The notes under the pieces are model-generated. The model saw nothing but the letters and a program-made list of their open reading frames with translations. It did not search any database and had not been told where the DNA came from. This document shows positions 12,473 through 26,113 of a stretch of 64,000 nucleotides of DNA, one piece after another; the stretch's first letter is position 1, and each line of letters opens with the position of its first letter. The DNA is from Amoebidium appalachense (taxonomy: Eukaryota; Protista; Ichthyosporea), in NCBI GenBank assembly GCA_963693365.1, contig CAVNZM010000005.1:8722334-8786333 (forward strand), read 5' to 3'. A program made the position numbers and the translations under genes.

Positions 12473-15400
12473 ATGACTGACAAACCGTCGTATATCAACC
12501 TTCCAATATGGAATCCGTCCGAGAAACGAGACGAGAAACGTCTTAATTATTTCGAGTGGGAGCCACTCATTCACCGGTTCATTAGAACCACCATTGCCGA
12601 GAAATTCGTTGACGCTATCAAGAGGCCACAGTGGGTTGACGGCGCTGAAGCCAACCAGTGGCTAGGCTACACCACCAAGGACTCCTACAAGAAAGCTTCC
12701 GACGTCCTCGACCAGATCCTCAACCAGTCCGTCCACCCGACCGAGCTCTACGACTCCGGCCGGATGCAAGACGGTGTCCACGGTGGTGAAGTCTTCCACA
12801 ACCTACGTATGGCGTATGTAGCAGAGAAGGAGGCCCGAGTCACCCAGATTCAAGTCACCTTCGAGGAGCTTGAACTACGAGACTACCCCAACGTCACAGC
12901 ATACCTCACCCGTCTCCAACGTCTGGCTACGACACTTGCCTGCCTCGACGAACCCGTCCAGCACAAGGATGTCGTACGTAAGTTCTTCCTCCACATCCGG
13001 AAGAACACAGCCCTGGTCTGCCCCGACATTGAACGTCTCTGCTCCGACTACTGGATGAACAACAAGGCCTACCCGTCCTTCAACATGCTCATCAGTGACA
13101 TCCGAGGAGCTGAAATCCGTGCCGGCCTCATCGACGCAGGCACAGGTGCAACCGTCAACAACCGTCCCCTCCGTGCACTCCAGAGCAGAGTGCTTCCCCC
13201 CGGTGACCTCCGTAACCGTATTCCTCGACGTGAGCATACACCTCACCGTTCCCCGTCCCGTTCCCGTGATCCTCGTCCTCCCTCCAAGTCACCCGGCCCC
13301 CGTTCAACTTCCCCTTACCACCGTGGTAACAGGGACAACCGTAACCGACAGCACAACACCAACAGTGTGAAGTGTTCCTACTGCCATGAGCCCCACCACA
13401 TCACAGCATGCCCGGAGCCTGGCTGCACAGTTGCTCGTCGTGCCAAGCAGGAGAAAGGTGACAAGAGTGTGAAATTTGCACTCATCTCCTCCACCGGCAC
13501 ACCTGACAGTAACGACCCCGTCTGGGACAGTGCTTGTAATGCACACATCTGCCCCATCAAGGAGTATTTCTCCTCCCTTACCCCGTGTCCTCCCACCCCC
13601 ATTCACGGCCTCGGCACAGTCAATGCCAAACAACGTGGCATCATCAACATAACACTGCACTACAACGGCCACCCAACACCGTGCAGCATCAATGCTTACT
13701 ACGTACCCGAGGCACCGTCTTTCCTCGTGTCTACCTCCATGGCATCAGCTGCCGGCCTCCTAGGTCATTGTGACGATACAGACAACCACCCGTCGTTCCT
13801 CTACAGCCGTAATGGTGACATTATTACAGATCTCACCCCCCTCGACGGTCTCTACTACATCACTGACTATGTGATTGAGACTCCTAAACACCCGGGGGTC
13901 CAAGCCTACACAGCAAGGACTCAACCACCCGACGACCTCACCCTTTGGCACAACCGTCTCGGCCACCGTGCCCTCTCCACCGTCACCAGGATGGCCAAGG
14001 ATGAGCTTGTCATCGGCATGCCCCCCTCCCTCAAGTCACCCGACAACAGTGACTGCTTCGGCTGCATGTCTGGCAAGACCACCAAGGCCCCCTTTCCCGG
14101 CACCCGTTCCAAGTTCACCATTCCCGGTGCTAAGTGGCACCTGGACTTCTTCGAAGCTCCCTGTGCTTCCTACGGAGGCTACAAGGTTGCTCTGGTGTGT
14201 GTTTGTGATGCCACCGGTTACACCACCGTGTTCCCCCTTTACAACCGTGGTGAAACCCTCAGCCACATTCAGTCTCTCGTTGAAACCACATCAGTGAGCA
14301 TCGAACGTCAGACACCTGAGATCGTCACCCATCTTCGGTTTGACTCCGGCTCTGAGTTCACCTCCAAGGACACCGAGGCCTACTGCAAGCAGAAAGGCAT
14401 CATCATGGAGTTTGCCCCCGTCGACACACCACAACACAATGGTGTTGTTGAACGGAAGATGAGAGAACTGCAAGAGACAGTCCGTTGCTTCCTCCATGCC
14501 GACAAGGACCAACCTCTCTCTCCCAAGTTGTGGGTTGCTGCTCTCAAGCATACAAGCTACATCATCAACGTCACACCGTCATCTGCTGCCAACGGCAACA
14601 CTCCCTTCGAGGCCTTCCACGGCTTCAAACCCGACGTCTCCCAGCTCCACGTGTTCGGCTCCCCTGCCTATGTGCATGTTCCCCGGTCAAAGAGGAACAA
14701 GCTGGCATCAACCGTCAGAGTCGGCACCTACGTCGGCTGGGACCTACCCTCCAAGGCACACAAGATCCTCGACCATGCCAGCAACCAAATCAAGATCTGC
14801 CGTGATGTGATCTTCGACGAGTCGAAATTCACGGGCAGCACCAATCAGGTCTCCGTTCCCCCCAAACCCGATCTGCCGACATTGGACCCCCCCTCCGACG
14901 ACGACGATGAAACTCCGTCTGTGGTCATCTCCCAACCGTCCTGGCACAACCAACCAGCCCCGGTTGAACCCGTGCCTCCCCCGAGCCCCCCCCCCCACTG
15001 GCCAACAACCCTTGCTGCCGGCCCCCCCCGTTGCTGTGCATCAACCCGGCTACATGACTCCGGTTCGTCCTGGGTCCCCCACCTTCCACTCGGCCACGAG
15101 CAGCCCTGTGGACACCGATGCCCCCCTCACCACCGGTCCTATTCCTGGCTTCCATGCCCCTATCCCGGCCTCCACCACCTACCCGGCCACCACCCCCCTC
15201 AAGGACCCCCCCAAGCCCAACCTTCGTCGGTCTACACGTCTCACCAAGACTCCAACGGCACTGGTCAGCATCGTAGCACCGACCATCAACATTGACCAGC
15301 TCCCCAAGGGCATTCAAAAGCTTTGCAACGGTCCCAACGGTGATGCCGTCATAGCTGCCCTCACCTCCGAGTACCAAGCCTTCATCACCAAGGATGTCTT

Positions 15401-16850
15401 CACCATTGTTGATCCCCCCCCTGGTGCCAACATCATCAAGTTCAAGTGGATTGTGACTGAGAAAGTCCTCAACTCAGCCGGTGACACCAAGATCAAAGCT
15501 CGTGGTGTTGCAAAGGGCTTCACTCAAGTCTACGGTGTTGACTACGGTGACACCTCTTCCCCCGTGGTGATGTCCTCCTTCGTCCGTGCCCTCCTTGCCA
15601 TCGGTGTGGACGGCAACCATGAGATTCATCAACTCGACGTCTCAACTGCCTTCCTCAACAGTCCTCTTCAAGAAGACATCTACATTGAGCCACCACCTGG
15701 CTTCATCACCCCCGGCAACGAACACAAGGTCTGGAAACTTAAGAAGGCACTCTACGGGCTCAAGCAAGCATCACTGGCCTGGTATGAGTACTTCGACAAG
15801 GTCCTCCTTGCTCACGGTCTCGAACGTCTCCGTTCAGATCCATGTGTCTACATCAAGACCTTCCCCAACGGTGACATCATCCTCACTGGCAACTATGTGG
15901 ACGACGTCATCATCATCTGCACGGCCAACTCCTCCCACACCAAGGATCTAGTAGACCACATCATGAAGTCAGCTCTCTGCAAGGTTGACCTTCCCGACAT
16001 CTTCCTTGGCACCCAGCTCATCCACACCCCCGGTCACCTCAAGCTGCTTCAGCAATCCTACATCAACGACATCGTCAGAGACTTCAACCTCAACGATGCT
16101 CACCCGAAGGCTACTCCCATTCCCGTCGGCACCGTCATCACCATCAACGAGAACGACTCACCACCCATCAAGGTTCCCTACCGTGAACTACTCGGCCGTC
16201 TTTTGTGGGTTGCTCGTTGTTCCCGGCCCGACATCTCCTTTGCCATCGGCTACCTCGGTAGATTCAGTGCCAACCCCACCAAACTTGCATGGGAATGTCT
16301 ACTCCGTGTAGTTCGGTACCTCATCGGCACTTCCAACCTCGGCCTTCACTACGACAAGTCTGCTTCCGACGACAACACCCCCTTGCTGGAGTGTTATTCT
16401 GATGCTGACTTTGCCAACTGCCCCAACACCCGTCGTTCAACCACCGGATACGTCATCTTCTTCAAGGGCATACCCATCACATGGTATTCGAAGCTGCAGT
16501 CCATCACGGCAACATCCACCACCGAGGCTGAGCTTCTGGCCATCAATGCTGCTGTTCAAAACGTCATCTGGCACCGTGATCTCCTCCGTGAACTCGGCTA
16601 CCCGATGACCGACCCCACCCCCGTCTACTGTGACAACCAGTCCACCATTGCCCTCCTGCACACCAACAGCATCAAGCACCGGACCAAACACATTGCAGTC
16701 CGTTACCACAACACGAAGGACTACATCAAGAGTGGGGATGTGGTCGTCACCTACGTGTCCAGCAAAGACAACGTGGCTGACATCTTCACCAAGCCCCTGC
16801 CCGGGCCCTCCCACGAGCAGCACCGTGATTCACTCAGTCTTCGTGACTGA
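12473..16850 (+). CDS. copia Gag-Pol polyprotein (Gag, protease, integrase, RT, RNase H); one frameshift in the poly-C at ~14986-14996
   Basis: CSYCHEPHHITAC knuckle, WDSAC protease, LWHNRLGH...C..C, RFDSGSEF and NGVVERK integrase, HQLDVSTAFLN, LYGLKQ, YVDD, YSDADFA, TEAELLA, YCDNQS, ADIFTKPL. Confidence 0.95.
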
Positions 16851-17370
16851 GTGTGCCCCCCCCCCCCTCCCCCCCCCCCCCCCCCCCCCCCCCCCGGTTC
16901 ATCTACAGTGGTCTTCAAGTAGGTTGGGGCCCTGGCCAGTGGTCTACACATCACCGTGTAGAGACACCTCCCAACGAAAGTCTACTGCTGTCTTCATCGA
17001 TCTTCAGTGTGTGCATCTTCAGTGGGGATTTCTTCTCCACCATCCGTCGTTTATTTATATACCACCATATATATAATGTATTTATCATTAGCCACCAACA
17101 CGTCACACATACACTAGTTGTTTCTTCTATATATATTTATATATCACGTCATTGGCTACCGTCATCTTCCGAGTCTTCAGAGGCAACCGTCGTTGTGTGC
17201 TTCTTCCGTTTTGGTTTTCTTCCCCGGCTTGCACCTTCAAGTCTTCTCCATTGTCTTCTCGAGTGGGGAAACTTGACTGTGACTTCACGGCACCTACTTC
17301 TACATGTGTGAAAGTCTTAACATCAACAGTCACATCAACAAACTTCACGAGAACCCAACTTCCAACCCTT

Positions 17371-18030
17371 GAGTGGGGATGTCATCTTCACTTAATTCTC
17401 AGCAAGACTTAGAAGTTGAGTTTGGTATTTATTTATTAGTTGTTGTAGTTTGTTTCCTTTTCCTTTCTTCATTTCTTTCTTTCTTTTCCGTTTCCGTGTA
17501 CACGACATCTTAGATCTGTGTACGTATCGACATACTTAGCTCGCGCACACGTATTGTCGTTTGCGTCAAAATCTATATATGTCATCCAATCATATCTCGT
17601 TTGTATTTTCCCAAATATAGTAACTTACATTCCTTTCTCATTCCTTTCCCACGACGTAGCATTGTGCTATGTTCTTCAACTATTAGGAATAATTATATTT
17701 AGACGTGTTATGATAAGAACATGTATAAATATATGTTATGAATTAATAGTTACATAAGTGGTTTCATCTTATTAAATGTTTCCGTGCTTTATTAGAAGTT
17801 TCTTTCATTAGAGGAGAGTTTTATATCTAAAGCGAAGACATTTTATTCGATATATTTTACACTCATAGTTTTCATTCTTTTGATTGGTTTATCGTTTCAC
17901 ATTCCCAAGTATAAAAGGGACCCACTGAAATAAATCATAAGCAGTCGTATTCACTTCCTATGTTCCAGAAATCGTTCCTCCTCTCCGGTTTCCCGTTTTT
18001 TACACACCCATGCCCGCCTCCGTTACCCAC
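17371..18030 (+). repeat. PPT (17371-17379) and copia 3' LTR (from 17380)
   Basis: gagtgggga followed by a near-identical copy of the 5' LTR; indels accumulate towards the adjacent poly-C. Confidence 0.9.
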
Positions 18031-18171
18031 ACCGCCGCCCCGCCGCCCCCAACCCACCCCCCCCCCCCCCCACCCCGCCCCCCCCCCCCCACCCCCCCCA
18101 CCCCCCAAAACCCTTCCCCCCCCCCACAACACCCCCCCCCCCACACACCCCCCCCCCCACCCCCCCCCCCA

Positions 18172-18224
<53 letters not shown>

Positions 18225-18271
18225 ACCACCCCCTCACCTTCCCCCCCCCCCCCCCCCTTTATACCCACAAT

Positions 18272-18930
18272 TCTATGAAAAACTACTCCGGGACGTGTGT
18301 TGCCTCTAGGGGGACATCCCCTTGGACGAAAGTGAACCTGCAATGGTTGTAAACCACGGCAAGCCCCCAGTCATCAATTTATTGATCCGTGAGGTCCATG
18401 TGCCCAAAAAACGGGGGAAGGCTTCGCCCCGTGAAAAAACAGCACGTATGTGTGGATCAATGGGGGTTGTGTGTGGGTGTAGGTGGGTGGGTGAAAAGGA
18501 ATATATAGCTGTAAGGCTGTGGATGCTAAACACAGAAGATGTGTTTGTAGCTTGCTGATCTGCTAAAAACTGTCGTGCTTATATACCTAAGCCTACCGAT
18601 CTGAACCAATCAAAAATCGATCTAGTGATATGTGAAATCTGATCCGAGCCAATCATAACTCGGTCTAGTGATCTGTGGTATCTGATGTTTTGACTGGCTA
18701 ATAGGTGCCCGTGTGCGGGCAGCCAACCGCTAACTGCTAAAACACGAAATGAAGCCTACATGGTTATGTTGGTATTGAACACCCATCCTACGTGTTTACC
18801 CAGAAAAATATTTATGTCAATAATTTCCACAAATAAAACCTCTATGAAAAACTACTCCGGGACGTGTGTTGCCTCTAGGGGGACATCCCCTTGGACGAAA
18901 GTGAACCTGCAATGGTTGTAAACCACGGCA
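18272..18930 (-). repeat. Ngaro 3' terminal repeats B1-A2-(129 bp spacer)-B2
   Basis: 90-bp B copies at 18272 and 18841; 350-bp A copy at 18491 matching 23392-23741. Confidence 0.92.
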
Positions 18931-18958
18931 CGAGAGCAGTATGCTTGCTCCAAAGGTT

Positions 18959-19992
18959 TCACTTAAGAATAGAGGCGAATACACGTGTGGTGGTGGCAGC
19001 AATGGAGGCCGGACGAAGTCGGGTATAGATCAGGAAGCAGTCGGAGGACCACCTGCCGAGTTGTTTGATCCGGGAGTCGTCGACCCCGGCCTCAGCCAGT
19101 GCTGTGGCCCCCCCCGATGCGGAGGCTGTGTCCGGCAAACCGGGAGGGTGAGAGGCCTGCCCGGGAGAGGAGGGCACGGAAATCGGCAGAGAAAGCACTC
19201 TTGGTGTAGGGGATGCCACCGAGACTGAAGAGGGGGTCGTCGGGTTGACCGGACGTTGTATCCAGGAACTGCCGGAGGAGATGGGCTGGGGAGAAGTGGG
19301 TGAGGGGCAGGGCAGCTAGGGTGACGTTGACACCTCGGGCCTGTACATCCGTCTTAGAGGTTGGCAGGTGGAGGGTGGCATGGGACAAAGTACCGGTGGG
19401 GGTGTAGCTGAAGGTCACGTCCTTCCGTTTAACGTGACGGGACGGGTCGAAAGAAGTCAGGGTCTTGGAGGTAAATTCCCCTGAACGGAGGAGACCACAG
19501 AAACCGACGATGAGGGCCGTCCATAGCCGGAGATTGGCCGAGGAGGCCTTGGTGGGGCACTGGCCATGGAGTAGGCGGAGGTGGGAGGGGGAGGAGGGGT
19601 TCCCTGGTGGATGAGCGGGGTCGGATGTTGTGAGAAAGCTGCCATCGGCCCACCCCCCGTAGGAACCAGGCCAGAGACTTGTCGTGGGGGTAGGGAGCAG
19701 GGAGGCCCATGTCGAGGTGGAGCCTGGTGATGGCCGAATTGTAGCCGGTTAAGGAAGAGGCCTGTACCCCTCGTTGGGCACACCAGGCGAGAAAAAGTTG
19801 CACGGTGTGTGGGGAGGCCGGGAGGGAGGACCCGGAGGAGGATTGCAGCCGAGATGCCACACAGAAATCGATGAACACTTTTTGCACCCGGGAGTAAAAG
19901 GCCCGAGAGTCGAGGTTGAGACTCAGGGCCTGGCATTCCTGCAGGGTAGTGGTGGCTCGAAGCAGCTCGGCCGGAGCAAAGTGGGGGGCCAA
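18959..19992 (-). pseudogene. Tyrosine recombinase of the Ngaro element (frameshifted)
   Basis: LPTSKTD, RFAGHSLRIGG/ATALAEAG...LGRWSSDCFLIYTR catalytic motifs spread over several frames. Confidence 0.88.
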
Positions 19993-20046
19993 TCTGCCAG
20001 TGTTGCTCCGGAACGGGAGATCTGGGGGGGGGGGGGGGGGGGGGGG

Positions 20047-21729
20047 TTAGCCCAAGGGAAGGGATAGGAACTCGTGGACCCAGGAGGGGAAGGGGCAGGG
20101 CTCCGGTTGCAGGGAAGGTCGGAGTCGTCGGGCCCGGGGAAGTTGGTTACGAGAAATGGCATCGGCCAGATGGTTGAGGGGTCCTGGTAGGTAGGATGCC
20201 TGTAACGTAAATTGGTATTGCATTTCCATGCGGGTGATGAACCGAATAAGTTTGGCCATCACGGGGTGGGGGGAAGACCGGGAGTGCAGGTCAGACACAG
20301 CACCCGTGTTGTCGCATAAAATACGGACATGGTGGGTGGACCAGGAGGGGGCCCAGAGGGCCACGGCGGCTGCGATGGCCAGGAGTTCGATGACGGAAGA
20401 ACCGAGTTTACCCTCATGAGCATAGAGGGCTTGGGTGGAGGGGGACCAGGGCATGAAGAACCATTGGTCGAGCCAGTGGCCACCTAGACCCACCGATCCG
20501 GCAGCATCAGTGGCCAGGGTGGTGTATGTGGGGGGTGTGATGAGGTGCACCCCATTCCATGATGTGAGGAACTGGTGCCATTCGGCTATGTCGGCCCGGG
20601 CGGCAGCAGTCAGTCGTATGTGGTGGTGGCCGGCAAGGTGTGGGTGGGTCCGGAGAAGGGCCCATAGGCGCTGGGAGAAGGCCCTCCCGGGGGGAACCAG
20701 CTGGGCACACCAGGTGAGTTTGCCGAGGAGGGACTGGAGGTCCCGAATGGTGATGGTGGGCTTTGGGTGGGAAGTGAGGTCGAGTAGGTCCGAGAGCTTG
20801 GAAGCCGGGATTCGTGCCTCCATGGCGATGGAGTCGAATTCGATACCGATGAAGACGACACGGGTAGCCGGGCCCTGCATCTTGTCTTCGGAGATGGCAA
20901 TGTGCAGCTCTCGGCAGAGTTGCAGAAAGGTGGATAGGTGACGTTGGCACTGCTGTTGTGTGGGGGCGACTATAATCCAGTCGTCTACGTAGTGGCGGAT
21001 GAGGGTAATACCGTGCTGGTGTGCCAGCCACTGTAGGGTGGCCGCGATCCGTTCCCAGATGGCTGGGCTAGATTTCAGGCCGAAGGGCAGTCTGGTTTCA
21101 ACGTAAAAATGCCCTTGCCATTTGAATGCCATTAAGTGGTGGTCTTCCGGTCGGATGGGCATGTGCCGGAAGGCAGCCTGCACATCTGCCACGGCCATGT
21201 AGCAGCCGGGGCCTGCGTCGAGAATGAGTTGGGTGACATCCCGGGCGCGAATGTACTGAAGTTCGTCGGGGTAGGTGATGCTGTCATTGACACTGCTACC
21301 CCGGGGCCAGGAGAGGTGGTGGATTCGACGGTACTTGGGGGGGTTCCCTTTCTTGGTAACGGCGCCGATGGGGGAGGAACGGTGGACGGGAAATTCGTCA
21401 AAGAATTGGGCCGGGGAGAGGGGGCCGCGCAGGTGGCCGAGGGCGACTTCTTTGGCAATATCCACCGTGATAGCGGCAGCTGCCTCCGGGGTGGTGGGTA
21501 GGTTGGGGCCCACCCGAGAGGTGGAGGGGCCGCGATAGCCGATGTCGACGCCGAATTCGACATCGTGGAGGAGTTGTGCGGCGAATGGTTGGTCCGGGTA
21601 GGAGGCCAGCAGTTCCCGGAGGCGGGAGGTGTCAATGTGGTGCTGGGGCAGCGGGCGGGCCTCCGGGTCTGAGCCTCGGGGGAAGGGGTGGTTAGCAAGG
21701 GTGGTGTACCCTTGGGGAGATCCCGGCAG

Positions 21730-21784
<55 letters not shown>

Positions 21785-21879
21785 CAGGGCCCCGGGGGGT
21801 TAGAGTAGGGCAGCTTGGCCCAAGTGAGGGTTGGCAGGGAGGGCAGCGGGGCCCTGTGCAGGGGAATGTGCCCGAGCAC
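20047..21879 (-). CDS. DIRS/Ngaro reverse transcriptase-RNase H
   Basis: RRIHHLSWP, ADVQAAFR, LPFGLKSSP, YVDD; RNase H TDAAG, IELLA, CDNTG, NHLADAISR. Start uncertain. Confidence 0.93.
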
Positions 21880-22182
21880 GCGGGGGTGTGGGCGGACACA
21901 GCGGTAGAAGAAAGGGGGGGGGGGGAGGGAGTGCTAGGTGAGTGTAAGGGGGGGGGAGGCTCGTGGGATGGGGGGGGGGGGGAGTAAAATTATGTGCAGT
22001 GGCCAGAATAAACGTCTTTGTGTAGGGACATTTATTCTTGACGCGCGCGGGCGCCGTAGTTGGCCTGCGAAATTTTGTACTCAGCCCTATTGGCCCGTTC
22101 TCCCGAGCTCCGTTTCCCTGTACTCGTGTGTCCTAGCTCCTAACCCCTATGTTCTAGCTGTGTGTGTGGGTGTGCGCGTAGA

Positions 22183-23352
22183 CTAGGCATTGTGCTTGCA
22201 GTCTTTGCGGGGGTGTGTGCCAGAGCAGAGCGGGCACACGTGGGAGAAGGGGCAGGGCTGCTTAGCGCAGGACCGACCGTTAATGTGGAAATTCCTGCAG
22301 TGCGTCGCGGGTAGATCCACGGGTCGGGCCGGTTTGGCCGGGCCGGGTTGCGGGCCAGGGCGGTTAGGGGTGTGACCCCCGCCGGGCTTGTGGGGCGGCT
22401 TAAAGCCGTCAAGACCACAGCCGGGCTTGGGGTACATGGGGCAGGCCGCGCTGGGGTGGTCGGGGAAGCCACAGCGCTGACATGCGTCCTGGATGAGCAG
22501 GGTGGGTGGCAGGAGGAGATCCTGGTGGAGTTGGGCGAGCAGGTTGGGGCACTCGATCGGAGCCCGACCCTGCTGGTGGGCCACGGTGCGGGCGTATACG
22601 TCATAGTTGTGGATCTGGGCCCACGGGTATCGGGTGCTGAGGCGAGTGATGTGCTGAGTCCAAAGTACGTCTTTGTCCGTGGGAAGGCCGAGGTGGTGCT
22701 TGGCGGCCATGTAATGGGTCCAAGCTTGGATCCAAATGACGAGTGAACGCAGGGGAACGGGTTTGTCTTGGCGAAAAGTCTCGATGCTGCCGTCGTCGGC
22801 CATGCGCAGATGCTGACCTTTCTTGGATGGGGCCAGGAGGGCGGCGGGGGTGAACTTATACAGGTCGACGAAACGATTGGCGCGCAAATCTGCCAGCACA
22901 TCCGCGGGGGGAAGCGGGAGTGTGCCCGGCTGAATGTCGCCAGTGTTCTCACCTGTGATGGGGGGCGCGGGCAGGGCAGGCAGGTCAAGGTCAGGGCCGA
23001 GATGCAGCCCCGGGGAAACCTCCCCGGGTGTGGAGGGCGCGGCGGGGGGCGCGGGAGGGTCGCGGTTGGTGAGAGCAGCCAGGACGCCAGCCATCTGGGT
23101 GCTGATGGCGGTGAGGGCGGCCAGGACGGCGTCTTGAGAAGTCATCTGCGGGGACGGCGGGGCCTGAGGGGGGACTTCAGGGGTGGAGGGGAGAGTAGCC
23201 GGCGGGTCCGGGTCCGTGGTGGTATGGGCCGCTGGAGGCGCGTCAGTGTCCGCGGGAGCGTTGGTCAGCCTGTGGCGGAGGTCGCTGCGGGTCAGGCGCT
23301 TAGGTGCCGCGGCAGGGGCGGCGGCTGAGGCCTGGCGCTTTTTCGGCGGCAT
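22183..23352 (-). CDS. Gag-like ORF1 of the Ngaro element
   Basis: 389 aa with CQRCGFPDHPSAAC and a C-terminal C..FH....C...C.F.H.C..C...H....C zinc finger. Confidence 0.85.
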   Translation of the reverse strand: MPPKKRQASAAAPAAAPKRLTRSDLRHRLTNAPADTDAPPAAHTTTDPDPPATLPSTPEVPPQAPPSPQMTSQDAVLAALTAISTQMAGVLAALTNRDPPAPPAAPSTPGEVSPGLHLGPDLDLPALPAPPITGENTGDIQPGTLPLPPADVLADLRANRFVDLYKFTPAALLAPSKKGQHLRMADDGSIETFRQDKPVPLRSLVIWIQAWTHYMAAKHHLGLPTDKDVLWTQHITRLSTRYPWAQIHNYDVYARTVAHQQGRAPIECPNLLAQLHQDLLLPPTLLIQDACQRCGFPDHPSAACPMYPKPGCGLDGFKPPHKPGGGHTPNRPGPQPGPAKPARPVDLPATHCRNFHINGRSCAKQPCPFSHVCPLCSGTHPRKDCKHNA

Positions 23353-23391
23353 GCTGACCGGCGTAGGGAAAGATAGGGAGAATGAAAAGGA

Positions 23392-23741
23392 GTGAAAAGG
23401 AATATATAGCTGTAAGGCTGTGGATGCTAAACACAGAAGATGTGTTTGTAGCTTGCTGATCTGCTAAAAACTGTCGTGCTTATATACCTAAGCCTACCGA
23501 TCTGAACCAATCAAAAATCGATCTAGTGATATGTGAAATCTGATCCGAGCCAATCATAACTCGGTCTAGTGATCTGTGGTATCTGATGTTTTGACTGGCT
23601 AATAGGTGCCCGTGTGCGGGCAGCCAACCGCTAACTGCTAAAACACGAAATGAAGCCTACATGGTTATGTTGGTATTGAACACCCATCCTACGTGTTTAC
23701 CCAGAAAAATATTTATGTCAATAATTTCCACAAATAAAACC
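23392..23741 (-). repeat. Ngaro 5' repeat A1
   Basis: Matches 18491-18840. Confidence 0.92.
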
Positions 23742-24541
23742 TAACCTGAGCCCCTCCATCGAGCGAAGCAACAGCCTTCAACTTACCATCAGCTAACCAT
23801 ACGTCTATATAATGCCGGCTAAAACCAACTAAATCCTCCTCCAATTCGTGCAACACATCATCACTCACACCCAGTCCCTGCCCACAAAGACTCACACCCT
23901 CGATACCTACGTGCAACATACCTACCTGTGGTGCCTGCACGGGTGGGGTGGGGTGTGTATGTGATGTGGGTGGTGGTGGAGTGTGTGTGTGTGGTGTGTG
24001 GGTGGGTGGTGCCACGTGTGTGTTTGGTGTATGTGTGGGTGTGTGTGTGGGTGTAGGTGTGTCTGCAACCGTCGTATGTTGTTGTGGTGGTGTGTTTCTA
24101 CGTGTCTGTGCCTTCCCCCCACTTCCCCCTTTACTCGTGTGTCTCCCCCCCCCTCCCGGGAACATTGGCACAGAAACCCCCTCCGGTGTGGTTAGAACAA
24201 ACACCGGGTTGGGACAAGAAACACCGAGACCATCCACCTGTGGCTGGGGAACCTCCCCCAACCACAAAACATTCACACCATTCATACCTTTGGTAGAGTC
24301 ACCCCACAAACATTCATGCCATACCACCTCGACGCTGTCTTGAGGACCCACGACGATGCCCCTCGTCGAACTGCTGCTGTTGTCCGCTACGTCCACCACG
24401 CCCACGACAGCTGGTGTTTGAGTGTAAACTAAAAGCTGTCGTGTTTCTGACGTCTAGTGTGTGAACCTGTGGTATCTGTGTGTGTATGGCGCTATCCTCC
24501 GCTGCCAACGCGTAGAACATATCTACGTTGAACTTAGCCAT
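23742..24541 (-). pseudogene. 5' part of an unknown ORF interrupted by the Ngaro insertion
   Basis: ATG at 24541, frameshift into the 23713-24405 frame, cut at the Ngaro boundary; no recognisable domain. Confidence 0.35.
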
Positions 24542-25589
24542 GGTGTTGTGTGTGCCCTACTCGTGTGGTTGTTTTTGTGTATTTTTTTTTTGTTGTGTTT
24601 CTAAGGTGTAGCAACAGCCCAGAAGGAACTGTCACCGTGTTTACCTAGCGCGAAAAACCGCACTAAAAGAAAAGGTGTAGCTTGTCGTATCCTAACGTGT
24701 ATGTACTAAGAGACGCGGCACTCTACTAAGTGTACACACACGGAAAGGAACGAACGTGTACTGACTGTAAAGTTTATTAAGACCAGGCTCCGGCGGGCAA
24801 ACGTAGGTCCGAACGGAATGAGGCTAAGTCGCAACTGAGGCCATCAAGGCCGTGCCCTACAAGATCATCATCACCTGGCCCCCCTACGATGCCACATTCC
24901 GTACATTCCGATCTAACTTTATCGTGCGCCTGCATGAGCTAAGTCGATCGGCTCACACTAATATATTTATCCAAGTCTCACCCCTCTCCCTTCCCCTAGT
25001 GGCACCGCAGAGTCTAATTCTACATTTCATACTATCCCCTCCCCCCCCTCCCTCCCCCCTTTCCTCTACATCGAAATATATAAATACGTTTGGCAGCATA
25101 TACTATCAAAACTTGCCAATATTTACAAAGGGCTTCTGCCCGAACTTATCACATTCCAAAGTCCTCCTATGATCTATCCTACACACTAATTAGAATTCTA
25201 TTGGTTGGCTGCCCCGGCTGACGTGGTCCTGCCCTGCGCCGGCAGAGGCAAGATGCACACGCAGCTGTACAGCTATCTTGAGGCCCCGGACTTGATCTTG
25301 ATGATCCGTGGACCCGGGCCACCCCCCCCCCCCCCCCCCCGCTCCCCCCCCCCCCCCCCCCTGATCTCGATCGTAGACTTAGGTTGATCTGCTGAGACGG
25401 ATTAGTATTTGTCAGGTTTTCTCCCGTCACGTGTGACTTAGTTCCCAACCTTCCCAAGGCTCCCCCCCCCCCCCCCTCCCAGAGCTCTCTAAGCCCTCAC
25501 CTCCCCCCTCCACTCCTGAAGTTCCCCCTCCCTGGCCCCGGTCCCTCTAAGTAGTAATTCCATCACATCCTCCCACCAATCCTCCCCCA

Positions 25590-26113
25590 TCAATTCATTT
25601 CGTCATTGGAGGTGCGCTGTAACATGACAACCGTACTGTGCTGCTGCTGTCCTCCACGTCCACAACGCCCACGACCGCCGTGTCCACCCCGGCCGCCACC
25701 GCGGCCACCTAGGAAGCCAAAGCCCCCTCGGCCAGAGATTAGAGAGCTGCAGCTGGCCGACGGCCTGGGAGAGCTCAGCAACCCGGCCTGCTTGACCAAC
25801 ACAGTGAGTGCATCTGGCTGTTCACCCCTTTTTCTTCCTCCTTTTCCCCTTTCTTTCCACTTGCTCTCTTCTTCTTATCCACCTCCATCATCTCCTTCCT
25901 ATCCCTCTTGTTAAACTTCACCTCATGCATAGCAAGCAAGTGACGTTAAACATGCAGCACCACCTCATCAACGTTAACATCATCATGCTCCCCAAACATA
26001 CGTGCAGTGTCTGTGTTCACAGAGAGAGCCTTACGTGCAAACTCGAACTTTTCCCTAGCACTCACGTCACCAGCCAACTCACAAAAATCTTCAAAGACCC
26101 TAATATGATAGAA
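25590..26113 (-). pseudogene. 3' half of a decayed gene split by the giant TIR element
   Basis: FYHIRVFEDFCELAGDVSAREKFEFARK...; continues in frame from 54287. Confidence 0.65.

Larger units (their letters stand above)
11660..18035 (+). mobile_element. Ty1/copia LTR retrotransposon, near complete
   Basis: Two ~700-bp LTRs, PBS, gag-PR-IN-RT-RH domain order, PPT. Possible 5-bp TSD accgc (11655-11659 / 18031-18035), but the right end sequence is degraded. Confidence 0.95.
18272..23741 (-). mobile_element. Ngaro-type (DIRS order) tyrosine-recombinase retrotransposon
   Basis: gag, RT/RH and YR ORFs, with split direct repeats A1 (23392-23741), B1 (18841-18930), A2 (18491-18840), B2 (18272-18361). 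Confidence 0.93.

Noticed and set aside
14986-14996. Programmed ribosomal frameshift between copia integrase and RT
   Set aside because: The shift falls in a C homopolymer and copia pol is normally one frame; an indel or sequencing error is more likely.
18036-18262. Proline-rich ORF or continuation of the orphan LTR element
   Set aside because: C-rich, apparently low-quality sequence; the adjacent LTR copy is also garbled, so it cannot be interpreted.
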